A program made the position numbers and the translations under genes. Of a stretch of 64,000 nt of DNA, positions 1-8,913 are shown one piece after another. The stretch lies in assembly GCA_030648005.1 (NCBI GenBank), contig JAUSIP010000016.1:1110-65109 (forward strand), given 5' to 3'. The notes under the pieces were generated by a model that searched no databases, was not told where the DNA came from, and worked only from the letters and a program-made list of their open reading frames with translations. Each line of letters begins with the position of its first letter. The first letter of the stretch is position 1. Source of the stretch: a bacterium (GTDB lineage Bacteria > Patescibacteriota > Minisyncoccia > Phycocordibacterales > UBA12445).

Positions 1-1
1 A

Positions 2-3000
2 TCAAGTTCTGATTTCAGTATTTGTTGTGTAGCAACCACCTCTAGTAGTAATCCTTCTGTTGCTACTCAAAATACCGACATCAATGGTCCTGGGACAGGC
101 ACTGTCGGTATAAAAACCATTACAGCTGACACGCTAGCCAAAACTGTTACGTTAACTCTCGATACTGCGACAAGATCAGAAAATAGCGACACTCACGACT
201 TCTTACGATTTACGATCGCTGGACTCAAGAATCCTTCTATTCCAAAAGGGATAGATTCATCAGGGTACGTTCTTGATATCAAATCTAAGAATGCTTCAGG
301 AGTGTTACTTGAATCATTCAATGCTAATCCTGTTTATATTGGTGGTGGTACAGCAGGTGGAGGATCTGTGACAACAATCAGGGGTGTTGTTTCTGGGAAC
401 GGTAGTAATTTGAAAGATGTTCCTGTTCACCTCATGTCGCCTTCAACTGGCCCACAAGATGCTACGACCGATGCTAACGGCTTGTATCAGTTCACTAATA
501 TTCCTGTCGGCTCGCAGTTCTTGTCAAATAACTTTGGTGGCGGTAATGAATATATGGTGTTCATTGAGCCATTCATAACCGGTGTTAGTGATGAGAACGG
601 CGCCACAACAACCAACTTCTTCGGTAATACTATGCCGTCACCAGTTATCGCGACCTCTACCAGTCTTATAGGGAAAAACTTCTCTCTTACTCCTGCAAAC
701 ACAGCTTCAATCGCAGCTAATTTCACTGTAAGGTTAACAGCTGCAGCCAATACTTTCACCGCCGCAGAGACCCTCGATGTATTTGCTGGCGGCCCCGGCC
801 AGTTTGTCTCAAGAACTATTACTCCTGGAGCCTCTGCTTTAAGCAACTCAACTCTTACTACCGTGCCTATTCCTAAGGTGAACGGTTCATGGGGTGTTGG
901 TATTAGTCCGCCTATGCCTAAGGGCGGAGGGTTTAGTGGTCCGCCACCATCACCAAATTGGTCTATGCCTAAGCCGATAGAGGTTAAGGTTTCCGGATGT
1001 CCTTCAGCCTGCGTAACATCCGTTAGTGGCTTCGCTACGACCTCCAATATCTTCACGATTTCTACCGCCGACAAAACTATTTCTGGCGTGTTGAAAGATG
1101 GCAGTGGTAATGCTATCGCTAGTGCTATGGTGTTCGCCTTCTCTCCATCGACAGACGCCGGAGGAGGTACAGGCAACAGCACTCAAAGTTCTACAGTGGG
1201 CGCCTTCTCTATTAAGGTGGTTGCCGGAACATATGTGGTTGGTGCGTACTCTCCGGGTATTGGTGAATCGAAGAAGGTTACTGTTGTTGTTGATAGTTCA
1301 GGCAATGTTTTTGTCGACGGCAATGCGACTGCTTCTACTGGCTCGTCAGGAGCTAATCCTTTCACACTTAAAATGGTTAAGCCTGACTACTCTATTACAG
1401 GTCAGGTAACGGATGGTTCGAGCGCAGTCGGTAACGCCCCAGTCTTTGCTTACCGTACGGATGCCCCAGGTCATGCCGATGCCATGAGTGACTCTTCAAC
1501 AGGAAACTATACACTTTACGTCAGTAATGGTACGTGGAAAGTAAGCTCGTTCATTCCTGGGTTTGGTCCAATGGCTGAGCAGACGGTGACTGTTTCAGGT
1601 AGTAGTCAGTCAAATATAAATTTCGCGCCATCTTCCAGTCAGACCTTCAGTATCTTGTCCGGTAATATCTATGAAGATACAAACAGGAGTGATACCTTTA
1701 CGGCCGGAGAGGGTTTGTCCGGTGCGGTAATTCGAGTTTCTAATGGCACAAATGTAAATGAAGGTGTGTCGAGTACTGACGGCGCTTATACTGTTCGAGT
1801 GCCATCCGGTACAGGTTACAAGATCCAAGATATTTTCAGCCCGACTTATGGTAGGATTGCGCCGATTGGAGATAGTGGCGCGGCAATTGGTACGATTAAT
1901 TTAACTGCTTCAACTACTAAGAATATCCGTATTCCTATCCGAGGAACTGTCAGTATCATAATTAAGGATTCAAGTGGCAATCCGCTTACAGTACCTAAGG
2001 CGTTTATTGATCTCTTTGACAATACGACTGGTTTGGGTAATCACGTAGAGATTGATAACGGAACCACTACATCCATACTCATGGCATCAAGCACCTCAGC
2101 CTATACTGTGAAAGCTTATATACAGGGTATTCCTCCAGCTAATATTTCTGTTGCGTCTGATGATGCCGGAACAACAGTCACATCTGGTAGGATAACGATC
2201 AACCGCGCTACTGAATATATTAAGATTGTGGTTAACACCGCCTCGGCTGGTATGAGCACTATCTCCGGTACCGTATATAAAGATTCCGCTACATCCGGCA
2301 ACGAACTCGAAGGCGCATGGATTCAATTCGTCGATCAGACCAACGGTGTTCAGTTTGGTACCCAGTCTACATCTAGCGGAAGATACAGCATAAAGGCTTT
2401 AGATGGTACTTATCAGATACTTGTATCAAAGCCTCAATATGTTGCTACTCCAACAACTTTAGTTGTTTCAGGCGCAACAACACAGAACATGACCATGACG
2501 CAATCCTCCCTGACTATCTCCGGTACTGTGACATCTGGTGGTGTGGCCGCCGCTAGCTCATTCGTTCGTGGTGAGAAAGTGGGAGGAGGTCAAGCCATAA
2601 CACAAACAGATACAAATGGTACTTATACCTTGAACGTTACTCCCGGTACTTGGAGAGTCTTCGCAGCTGCTGATGGTTATGCAGAGGCCGGTTATGCTTC
2701 TAATCCGCTGACTGTTTCTAGTTCGCAATCCAGTATCAATGTCGCTCTTTCAACCGCTGCATCCGTTCAGTCAAAGTTGGCTACTTCCAACACCTTTAGT
2801 GATACTTCAGCAGGAACTTTCAGTGACACTACGGTTAACCTTAAGGTAAGTGTTGATGCAAATGCTTTTGGTTCTGCTGGGGCGAGTTCCTACTTCACCG
2901 CCAAGGAGACTACTAACTATCCAAATACAACTAGTGTTAATATTGTCGCTAATAAAGCTAAGGATATCAGTGCTTTCTCGGGAGGTAGCCAGGTTACAAA

Positions 3001-4144
3001 TCTTGCATCCGGCAAAACAGCAGATGTTGAATTGACTTATACTGTGGCAGAGTTAGCAACTTCAAATATAGACACCACAACAGAGGTCGGCAAATTAACA
3101 GTCGTATCTTATAGTTCCGATAAGGGAGATTGGGAAACATTAAGTACGGTCGCAACCTACAAAGATTCGGCTGGAGATGTCGTGGCTTCCCCGAATGCTA
3201 ATCTATCTAACGTATCATCAGTCAGCTTCATTGCCTCAGGTACTCACTTCTCAGCATACGCCCTATCTTCTTCTGAGGGTGTATCACCGCCCGATGCGCC
3301 GACAGGAGTGACTGCTACTCCGGCAACAAACGTAGCTAGGGTTACGTTAACGTGGACTGCCTCTCCTGATGCTGAAGGATATTATGTTTACAGAGACACA
3401 TCTGCTGGTGGCACCTTCCCGTTAATTGGAAATCCTGGAAACACAACAAGCTATACCGATAATGCTGTATCAATCTCAACTACCTACCTCTATAAGGTGT
3501 CGGCATTTAAATCTAGTGGCGCTTCGGAATCATCACCTTCATCTGCTGTGAGCGCCACAACTCTTTCTGGCGGAGGTGGCGGAGGCGGAGGAGGAGCTGC
3601 CGCGTCACCTTCACCTGCTCCAGCAGCATCTACACCAGTAGTTGCCACTCCGGCACCTGTTGCGAAGCCAGCTGTTAAAGAGACCATAGGTCTTGCAATC
3701 CCTGTAAGTACTAGTGGTACAAATAGGATAGTTATAGGACATAAATTCTTGAAGGTGCTTAAGATTGGCAATAAGGGCAATGAGGTCAAGGCCCTTCAGG
3801 ATATTCTTGAGGCACAGGGACATCTTAAGATGCCTAAGGGTGTAGCTAAGGGCACCTTCGGCTCATTAACCAAAGAGGCTATTAAGAAGTTCCAGAAAGC
3901 CAATAATATCGCCAAAGAGGGTCAGCCTGGCTTCGGTGATCTTGGACCTAAGACTAGAGCGAAGTTGAATGAGATGGCTGTGGTAGAAACACCAAAAACG
4001 GAGGCAGAACCGGCCAAAGCACCAGAAGCATCTAAGTCAGCATCTGTTATGACTTCGGAGGCTAAAACAGCATTGATCAGCACTCTCTTACAGCAAATTC
4101 AGGCTCTGCAAGAAGTGCTTAAGGGTCTGAAGGCCGGACAATAG
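2..4144 (+). CDS. Giant cell-surface protein, 5'-partial (frame open to window edge): tandem carboxypeptidase-regulatory-like/Ig-like beta-sandwich repeats, fibronectin type III domain, Gly9 linker, putative peptidoglycan-binding (PG_binding_1-like) domain, Ala/Pro/Lys-rich tail
   Basis: Frame 2 has no stop from base 2; the ORF track only starts at the first GTG (302). Repeats such as ISGTVYKDSATSG...GRYSIKALDGTYQILVSKPQY and ITGQVTDGSS...GNYTLYVSNGTWKVS. FN3-like PDAPTGVTATPATNVARVTLTWTASPDAEGYYVYRD. GGGGGGGGG run. C-terminal LKIGNKGNEVKALQDILEAQGHL...GTFGSLTKEAIKKFQKANNI matches the peptidoglycan-binding domain pattern. Confidence 0.6.
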   Translation, partial: SSSDFSICCVATTSSSNPSVATQNTDINGPGTGTVGIKTITADTLAKTVTLTLDTATRSENSDTHDFLRFTIAGLKNPSIPKGIDSSGYVLDIKSKNASGVLLESFNANPVYIGGGTAGGGSVTTIRGVVSGNGSNLKDVPVHLMSPSTGPQDATTDANGLYQFTNIPVGSQFLSNNFGGGNEYMVFIEPFITGVSDENGATTTNFFGNTMPSPVIATSTSLIGKNFSLTPANTASIAANFTVRLTAAANTFTAAETLDVFAGGPGQFVSRTITPGASALSNSTLTTVPIPKVNGSWGVGISPPMPKGGGFSGPPPSPNWSMPKPIEVKVSGCPSACVTSVSGFATTSNIFTISTADKTISGVLKDGSGNAIASAMVFAFSPSTDAGGGTGNSTQSSTVGAFSIKVVAGTYVVGAYSPGIGESKKVTVVVDSSGNVFVDGNATASTGSSGANPFTLKMVKPDYSITGQVTDGSSAVGNAPVFAYRTDAPGHADAMSDSSTGNYTLYVSNGTWKVSSFIPGFGPMAEQTVTVSGSSQSNINFAPSSSQTFSILSGNIYEDTNRSDTFTAGEGLSGAVIRVSNGTNVNEGVSSTDGAYTVRVPSGTGYKIQDIFSPTYGRIAPIGDSGAAIGTINLTASTTKNIRIPIRGTVSIIIKDSSGNPLTVPKAFIDLFDNTTGLGNHVEIDNGTTTSILMASSTSAYTVKAYIQGIPPANISVASDDAGTTVTSGRITINRATEYIKIVVNTASAGMSTISGTVYKDSATSGNELEGAWIQFVDQTNGVQFGTQSTSSGRYSIKALDGTYQILVSKPQYVATPTTLVVSGATTQNMTMTQSSLTISGTVTSGGVAAASSFVRGEKVGGGQAITQTDTNGTYTLNVTPGTWRVFAAADGYAEAGYASNPLTVSSSQSSINVALSTAASVQSKLATSNTFSDTSAGTFSDTTVNLKVSVDANAFGSAGASSYFTAKETTNYPNTTSVNIVANKAKDISAFSGGSQVTNLASGKTADVELTYTVAELATSNIDTTTEVGKLTVVSYSSDKGDWETLSTVATYKDSAGDVVASPNANLSNVSSVSFIASGTHFSAYALSSSEGVSPPDAPTGVTATPATNVARVTLTWTASPDAEGYYVYRDTSAGGTFPLIGNPGNTTSYTDNAVSISTTYLYKVSAFKSSGASESSPSSAVSATTLSGGGGGGGGGAAASPSPAPAASTPVVATPAPVAKPAVKETIGLAIPVSTSGTNRIVIGHKFLKVLKIGNKGNEVKALQDILEAQGHLKMPKGVAKGTFGSLTKEAIKKFQKANNIAKEGQPGFGDLGPKTRAKLNEMAVVETPKTEAEPAKAPEASKSASVMTSEAKTALISTLLQQIQALQEVLKGLKAGQ

Positions 4145-4164
4145 ATTTCCCTGTTGCAATAGAA

Positions 4165-4200
4165 AAAAAACACTCCGCTTCTCAGCGGAGTGTTTTTGTT
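4165..4200 (+). terminator. Rho-independent terminator of surface-protein gene
   Basis: Hairpin cactccgct-tctc-agcggagtg followed by tttttgtt. Confidence 0.7.
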
Positions 4201-4247
4201 AGACAAAAGTTCAAATTTAGTTTAAATTTAAGTGTGTCGAGTTGAAG

Positions 4248-4331
4248 GCCTGGGTGGCGGAATTGGTATACGCTACAGACTTAAAATCTGTCGCCCGTAA
4301 GGGATTGAGGGTTCGATTCCCTCCCCAGGCA
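4248..4331 (+). tRNA. tRNA-Leu (anticodon TAA), type II with long variable arm
   Basis: Acceptor gcctggg/cccaggc, anticodon stem-loop acaga-cttaaaa-tctgt, T arm gaggg-ttcgatt-ccctc, long variable arm; folded by eye. Confidence 0.8.
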
Positions 4332-4347
4332 CCGCCGTATAAATTAT

Positions 4348-4422
4348 GGCCCGATAGCCAAGTGGTAAGGCAAAGATCTGCAAAATCTTTATGCGGGAGT
4401 TCAATTCTCCCTCGGGCCTCCA
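4348..4422 (+). tRNA. tRNA-Cys (anticodon GCA), CCA encoded
   Basis: Acceptor ggcccga/tcgggcc, anticodon stem-loop aagat-ctgcaaa-atctt, T arm gggag-ttcaatt-ctccc, 3' tcca. Confidence 0.8.
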
Positions 4423-4423
4423 A

Positions 4424-4762
4424 TTATTTTGTTTTCTGGATGAGGGAATCTATATGCTGTCTATTTTTCTCCCCCATATCTATAGCAAAATCGAAGATAG
4501 GGTAGCGTCCAAGTCCTACAGCTTTCACCTTAACATATTCGCGGAAGTCACTCCTCTGTCTTTTGGCGAAACTCAACGCCTGTTCTTCGTACTTGTCCGG
4601 AAAGACAGTGATGAGGACGGTGACATTTTTATTGTCCCTACTTGCGCTGATACCAGTAACTGTAAGCAGCGCGTGTCCTGCTGATTCACGAGCTAGAAAT
4701 TCAGCCGCTAGCGTCATAAATCGCGCCGATATTCTATTTTCTCTTTTTCCATCTGACTCCAT
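4424..4762 (-). CDS. rbfA: Ribosome-binding factor A
   Basis: 112-aa protein immediately downstream of infB on the same strand, overlapping its stop; sequence resembles RbfA. Confidence 0.75.
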   Translation of the reverse strand: MESDGKRENRISARFMTLAAEFLARESAGHALLTVTGISASRDNKNVTVLITVFPDKYEEQALSFAKRQRSDFREYVKVKAVGLGRYPIFDFAIDMGEKNRQHIDSLIQKTK

Positions 4763-4767
4763 AGTAA

Positions 4768-6270
4768 TTATTTTTGTACTACGTCGAACACTTCTATTGT
4801 ATCATCTATTGCGATTGTAATCTTACTTTCTATTAGAGCGCCGAATTGGTTACCCTTAACAACCTCATCCGCTTTTTGTTTCTGCTGTTGCAGATCAACG
4901 ATAGTGCCCCGGCCGATCTCGTTCAACTGCCTTAATACCTTACACTTCCGGCCGAGCATTAACGAGCCCTCTAATACTGCACCGCCGACAATCTGTCTAT
5001 CTTTGGTCTTGCTGAATATCTTCAAGATCTTCGCTTTGCCGACAGTCTCTTCAACTTCAATCTTCGGAGTCCTCTCCTTCATCTCTTTGACTATAATTGG
5101 GCTGATATCGTAAATTATGTTGAAGATTCTAGGGGTTAGGTTTAAATTCTCAGCCATATCTTTGGCGGTATTATCGATTTTTACATTGAAGCCGATTATA
5201 AGTGGGCGCAAGCTTCCCGAAGCCGTCTTTATATCGTTCTCGCTTATGTTGCCGACGCCTTTGATGATGAATTTGATCTTTGCCTCGGTTGTCTCAAGCT
5301 TAAGAAGCTCTTTCTCAATAGCTTCCAGAGATCCGGAAACATCAGCTTTTAAGACTACTGGCACCACCACCCGGGCATTCTCAAATCTTGACTCATCCTT
5401 TTTTGATAACTCTTTTTGTTCGGCTTCTTTCGCCAACTTTTCCGCCTCTTTCTTGCTACCTACTGATCTAAACTTCGCTCCGGCTGGTACAACTTCACCA
5501 AAGCCAATAACTTTAATAGGGGAGGGTGCTTGTGCCTCGTCTACCGACTGACCCATAGAATTCTCCATATATCTCACTGGAGTTATGTTTTTGCCGATCA
5601 CCAAGAATGTGCCTTTTTTAAGAACACCATCTCGGAGGATGATCGTTGCCGACCCGCCCTTCTTTGGATCGAGGTTTGATTCGATTACGAAACCCTCAGC
5701 ATCTTTGGTTGTGTCTATCTTTAGTTCCCCCATTTCTGCGATAAGAAGCATTACATCGAGTAGCTCAGACACTCCGGCGCCTGTCTTGGCGGAGATTGGA
5801 GCGAACGGCACATTTCCACCAAAACCTTCGAGATAAACGCCGGCGGCAGCCAGATCAACCTTAACCTTCTCCACGTTTGCATTCGGTTTATCTATCTTAT
5901 TGATTGCCACAATGTAAGGCACTTTGGCTTGCTCGATAGTTTTTAAGGCCTCGAGAGTCTGTACTTTAACACCGTCATCTGCCGCAACAACCAAAATAAC
6001 AATATCGGCCACTTCAGCTCCACGCGAACGCATCTTTGAGAAGGCCTCATGCCCTGGAGTGTCCAAGAAGGTGATATTCTTCTCGGCTCCAGCTTCGGTC
6101 TTGTGTACTACTTCATAAGCGCCAAGATGCTGAGTGATACCTCCGGCTTCTTTGTCTACGGTACTTGATTTTCTAATGTAATCTAAAAGAGTTGATTTAC
6201 CATGATCAATATGCCCCATCACTGCGACAATAGGCGAACGCTCTTGATTGTTTGTCTCTTTTTTTGTCAT
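4768..6270 (-). CDS. infB: Translation initiation factor IF-2 (short form lacking the long N-terminal region)
   Basis: G-domain motifs [28 protein letters not shown]; 500 aa. Confidence 0.92.
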   Translation of the reverse strand: MTKKETNNQERSPIVAVMGHIDHGKSTLLDYIRKSSTVDKEAGGITQHLGAYEVVHKTEAGAEKNITFLDTPGHEAFSKMRSRGAEVADIVILVVAADDGVKVQTLEALKTIEQAKVPYIVAINKIDKPNANVEKVKVDLAAAGVYLEGFGGNVPFAPISAKTGAGVSELLDVMLLIAEMGELKIDTTKDAEGFVIESNLDPKKGGSATIILRDGVLKKGTFLVIGKNITPVRYMENSMGQSVDEAQAPSPIKVIGFGEVVPAGAKFRSVGSKKEAEKLAKEAEQKELSKKDESRFENARVVVPVVLKADVSGSLEAIEKELLKLETTEAKIKFIIKGVGNISENDIKTASGSLRPLIIGFNVKIDNTAKDMAENLNLTPRIFNIIYDISPIIVKEMKERTPKIEVEETVGKAKILKIFSKTKDRQIVGGAVLEGSLMLGRKCKVLRQLNEIGRGTIVDLQQQKQKADEVVKGNQFGALIESKITIAIDDTIEVFDVVQK

Positions 6271-6278
6271 GATATCTT

Positions 6279-6743
6279 CTAACCATTGTGGTTCTGAGAT
6301 TCCAAAATGGCCATCTTCTCTTCGTTGCTAAGTTCGTAGTCGGATTTGTGGCTCTGGAGTGGCTTAGCATAGATGCCAACTCGGTCTCTGCTGTATAGGC
6401 TTGATATCACCACTCCATCACCGTTGTCGTTAACGAAAGCGGTAGCGAAGCTTTGATTGCTTCCGGAATCTTTGAATGGGTTGAACCTTACCGTCTTAAC
6501 ACCTCTTATGTGGTGCCGCATCTTCTGTCTGATCGCCTCTATGTCTTGACGGAGTTCTGCTCTGGCTTTGGTTAGGTTATCTAGATCATTGCCGATCTTC
6601 TTAATAAGATCCTCTAGATCTCCACCACTTTTGCCCCGCATTAGTCTTCTTAATCGCAATTCCAGAATAATTACCCATATTAAGAGTAAAACTGAGACTG
6701 AAGCTATTATATATAGAACATTTCCCATATTTCGTATCGCCAA
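6279..6743 (-). CDS. DUF4446-like membrane-anchored protein
   Basis: N-terminal TM helix, coiled-coil segment, then C-terminal RFNPFKDSGSNQSFATAFVNDNGDGVVISSLYSRDRVGIYAKP resembling DUF4446 family members; cotranscribed upstream of infB. Confidence 0.5.
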   Translation of the reverse strand: MAIRNMGNVLYIIASVSVLLLIWVIILELRLRRLMRGKSGGDLEDLIKKIGNDLDNLTKARAELRQDIEAIRQKMRHHIRGVKTVRFNPFKDSGSNQSFATAFVNDNGDGVVISSLYSRDRVGIYAKPLQSHKSDYELSNEEKMAILESQNHNG

Positions 6744-6810
6744 ATTGTACTACATTCTTAGGGGAATTACAAATTATTAATATTTATGCTAGCTTATAAT
6801 ACACAATATT

Positions 6811-8076
6811 ATGAAGAGCAAGACAAGACAGATATATATGGACTATGCTTCTGCGACGCCTATTGATCCACGGGTGGCTAAGGTGATGCAGAAGTATGTG
6901 AGTGTAGAGTGTGGCAACCCGAGCTCGATACATTCTTTGGGTGTATCTGCCAAGCGGGCAGTGGAAGATTCAAGGAAGAAGATTGCAAATGTTTTGAATT
7001 GCCAGGCGAAAGAGATAATTTTTACTAGTGGAGGTACAGAGGGTGATAATTTGGCAGTGTTAGGCACAGTCAGGAGTATAAGGGAAAAGTATAAGTATAA
7101 GGGAGGACACATAATAACGACCGCGATAGAACATCAGGCGGTGTTGGCACCGTGCCGACAGCTTGAGAAAGAGGGTTTTGAAGTGACATATCTGCCGGTT
7201 TCTAAAGAGGGGATAGTTGATCCGGAGGATGTGAAGAAGGCTCTTCGGCCTGACACCTTTCTTGTTTCTGTGATGTATGCGAATAATGAGGTGGGGACTG
7301 TCCAGCCTATTTCTGAAGTCGCTAAGGTTATACGCCGCTTCAAGTCCGGAAGTAAGGAATTTAAATTCCCTGCTCTTCTGCCTGCCCATGCTAGGGCAGG
7401 CGAGCATAATAGTGAAAGCGCGATGAATTTTGAAACCCATTCTCCGCTTTTTCACGTTGATGCGTGTCAGGCGCCGGGAGCTTTATTACTTAATGTGGCC
7501 AAGTTAGGCGTTGACATGATGACTCTAAGCGGAGCTAAGATTTATGGTCCGAAAGGTGTTGGATGTTTGTATTTAAAAAGTGGAGTTGAAATTTCTCCTA
7601 TAATCTACGGCGGAGGACAGGAGAAGGGTTTAAGGTCTGGTACGGAAAATGTCGCCGGTATTGTCGGTATGGCCGAAGTCTTAGTGACAGCTGATTTTGA
7701 TAGAGAGAAAGAGGGGATTAGATTAAGTAAATTAAGAGACTATTTTGCTGAGAAAATTTTAGAAGTTGTTTCTGATTCCGAGATAAATGGAAGTATGGAC
7801 AAGAGACTACCAAATAATTTAAACGTTTATATTCCGGATATTGGTAATGAACAGCTAGTGATAGAGCTTGATGCTATAGGTGTGGCCGTCTCATCCGGAA
7901 GCGCTTGTAATACGAACGAAGAGGGAAGTTCGCATGTTATAGATGCACTCGGTTATGGCCATGAAAGAAGCAGGGGATCTATACGATTCAGTCTGGGTAA
8001 GAGCACAACAAAGAAAGATATTGATTTCGTTATAAAAAATCTACCGGGGATTTTGGGTCGCATCAGGTTTAACTAA
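6811..8076 (+). CDS. Cysteine desulfurase (class V aminotransferase, IscS/NifS-like)
   Basis: MDYASATPIDPRV...NPSSIHSLG...FTSGGTEGDN, PLP-lysine region SGAKIYGPKGVG, C-terminal SSGSAC active-site Cys. About 35-aa insertion (RRFKSGSKEFKFPALLPAHARAGEHNSESAMNFETHSPLF) before HVDACQAPG. True start may be the internal MDYAS Met. Confidence 0.8.
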   Translation: MKSKTRQIYMDYASATPIDPRVAKVMQKYVSVECGNPSSIHSLGVSAKRAVEDSRKKIANVLNCQAKEIIFTSGGTEGDNLAVLGTVRSIREKYKYKGGHIITTAIEHQAVLAPCRQLEKEGFEVTYLPVSKEGIVDPEDVKKALRPDTFLVSVMYANNEVGTVQPISEVAKVIRRFKSGSKEFKFPALLPAHARAGEHNSESAMNFETHSPLFHVDACQAPGALLLNVAKLGVDMMTLSGAKIYGPKGVGCLYLKSGVEISPIIYGGGQEKGLRSGTENVAGIVGMAEVLVTADFDREKEGIRLSKLRDYFAEKILEVVSDSEINGSMDKRLPNNLNVYIPDIGNEQLVIELDAIGVAVSSGSACNTNEEGSSHVIDALGYGHERSRGSIRFSLGKSTTKKDIDFVIKNLPGILGRIRFN

Positions 8077-8099
8077 GAATTAAGAATCAAATAAAGATT

Positions 8100-8148
8100 A
8101 AGCTGTTTTATTCTGACGGCCGTCAGAATAAAACAGCTTTCGGATTTT
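8100..8148 (+). terminator. Rho-independent terminator (perfect 20-bp stem)
   Basis: aagctgttttattctgacgg / ccgtcagaataaaacagctt then tcggatttttg. Confidence 0.75.
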
Positions 8149-8153
8149 TGACA

Positions 8154-8183
8154 ATAAAAAAAGGTCAGGGGGATTCCCTGACC
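8154..8183 (-). terminator. Rho-independent terminator for the GC-rich minus-strand gene
   Basis: ggtcaggg-ggattc-cctgacc hairpin; on the minus strand it is followed by a T7 run. Confidence 0.6.
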
Positions 8184-8202
8184 TTAGCACTCGAACCGAG
8201 TA

Positions 8203-8756
8203 CTACTTCTTCTGCTTGGACTTCTGTGCCGCCTTCTTCTTGGCTGCCTCCTGTGAGGACGACTGGATGGAGAGTCTCGAGGCCTTCGAATCGGCGTCGC
8301 GTTCCCGCTTGGCATCGGCTTCGCGCAGAGCGCGTGCTCGGCGTTCGGCCCGATTCCTTTCCTGCCGACCCGTCGTCACCTCCGGCTGGGCTTCGGTCTC
8401 GGACTTCAGCCCGGTGTAGGTCACGTGTCCCTTGAGAGACCGCAGGTCCCGCCAGAGGATGTTGAGACCACCACCGAAGCTGACCTTCGCGAGGTGACCC
8501 TGGATCTCCAGGACTCGGCCCTTGCCGTAGCTCGGGCGACCGACCGCGATGTCCTCCACCATGGGGTGGAAGACCGTGTCCGGCACCACCTCCAGGTTGG
8601 AGATGTGACACTTGACCACGCTCTTGCCGATACTGACCTCCGCGATGACCTTCTCGATGGACTCTCTAAGATCGACGGAATGGTGTTCACACGGCCCAGT
8701 ATGTTGCCGGGCATGCAGATGACGAGGTTGCCGGCACAGATGATGAGATTCTTCAT
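8203..8756 (-). pseudogene. GC-rich (over 60% GC, strong GC3 bias) foreign-composition gene with internal frameshift; product unrecognised (basic Lys/Ala/Arg-rich C-terminal tail)
   Basis: ATG at 8756 preceded by GGAGGA with 6-nt spacing. Frame A gives MKNLIICAGNLVICMPGNILGRVNTIPS, then frame B continues ...DLRESIEKVIAEVSIGKSVVKCHISNLEVVPDTVFHPMVEDIAVGRPSYGKGRVLEIQGHLAKVSFGGG... to the stop at 8203. Codon third positions are almost all G/C, unlike all neighbours. Confidence 0.5.
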
Positions 8757-8845
8757 GGGATGTCCTCCGTTGTACGATTCACGCCTGTTTGAGCAGTGTT
8801 AGCTCGCTCAGGTTTACTATTTCAATAGTTCAGAGTCTACTTTAT

Positions 8846-8874
8846 ATCATACACCAATGGGTCTATTTTGTCAA
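8846..8874 (-). promoter_or_regulatory. Sigma70-type promoter (TTGACA-17-TATGAT) for the GC-rich gene
   Basis: Minus-strand TTGACA at 8874-8869, 17-nt spacer, TATGAT at 8851-8846. Confidence 0.5.
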
Positions 8875-8913
8875 GTTTGGCCTTTTTAGTGGACTATTAT
8901 ATAATAATAAGCA

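Noticed and set aside
3560-3610. Short tandem ggcggag/ggtggcgg repeats that might look like a micro-array
   Set aside because: They are in frame in the surface-protein gene and simply encode a Gly9 run. No spacer/repeat periodicity of CRISPR type exists anywhere in the window.
487-3823. Antisense and alternate-frame ORFs inside the giant surface-protein gene (for example 487..1182 -, 3490..3789 -, 1098..1409 +)
   Set aside because: They are fully embedded in a long coherent repeat-bearing CDS and have no start signals. Low-complexity Pro/Gly translations are typical of frame artefacts.
8148-8802. Five additional long ORFs in the GC-rich island (8148..8435 +, 8165..8611 -, 8216..8419 +, 8421..8756 -, 8425..8802 +)
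   Set aside because: High GC suppresses stop codons in all frames. Only the minus-strand frames joined by one frameshift show GC3 bias, an SD and a promoter; the others are artefacts.
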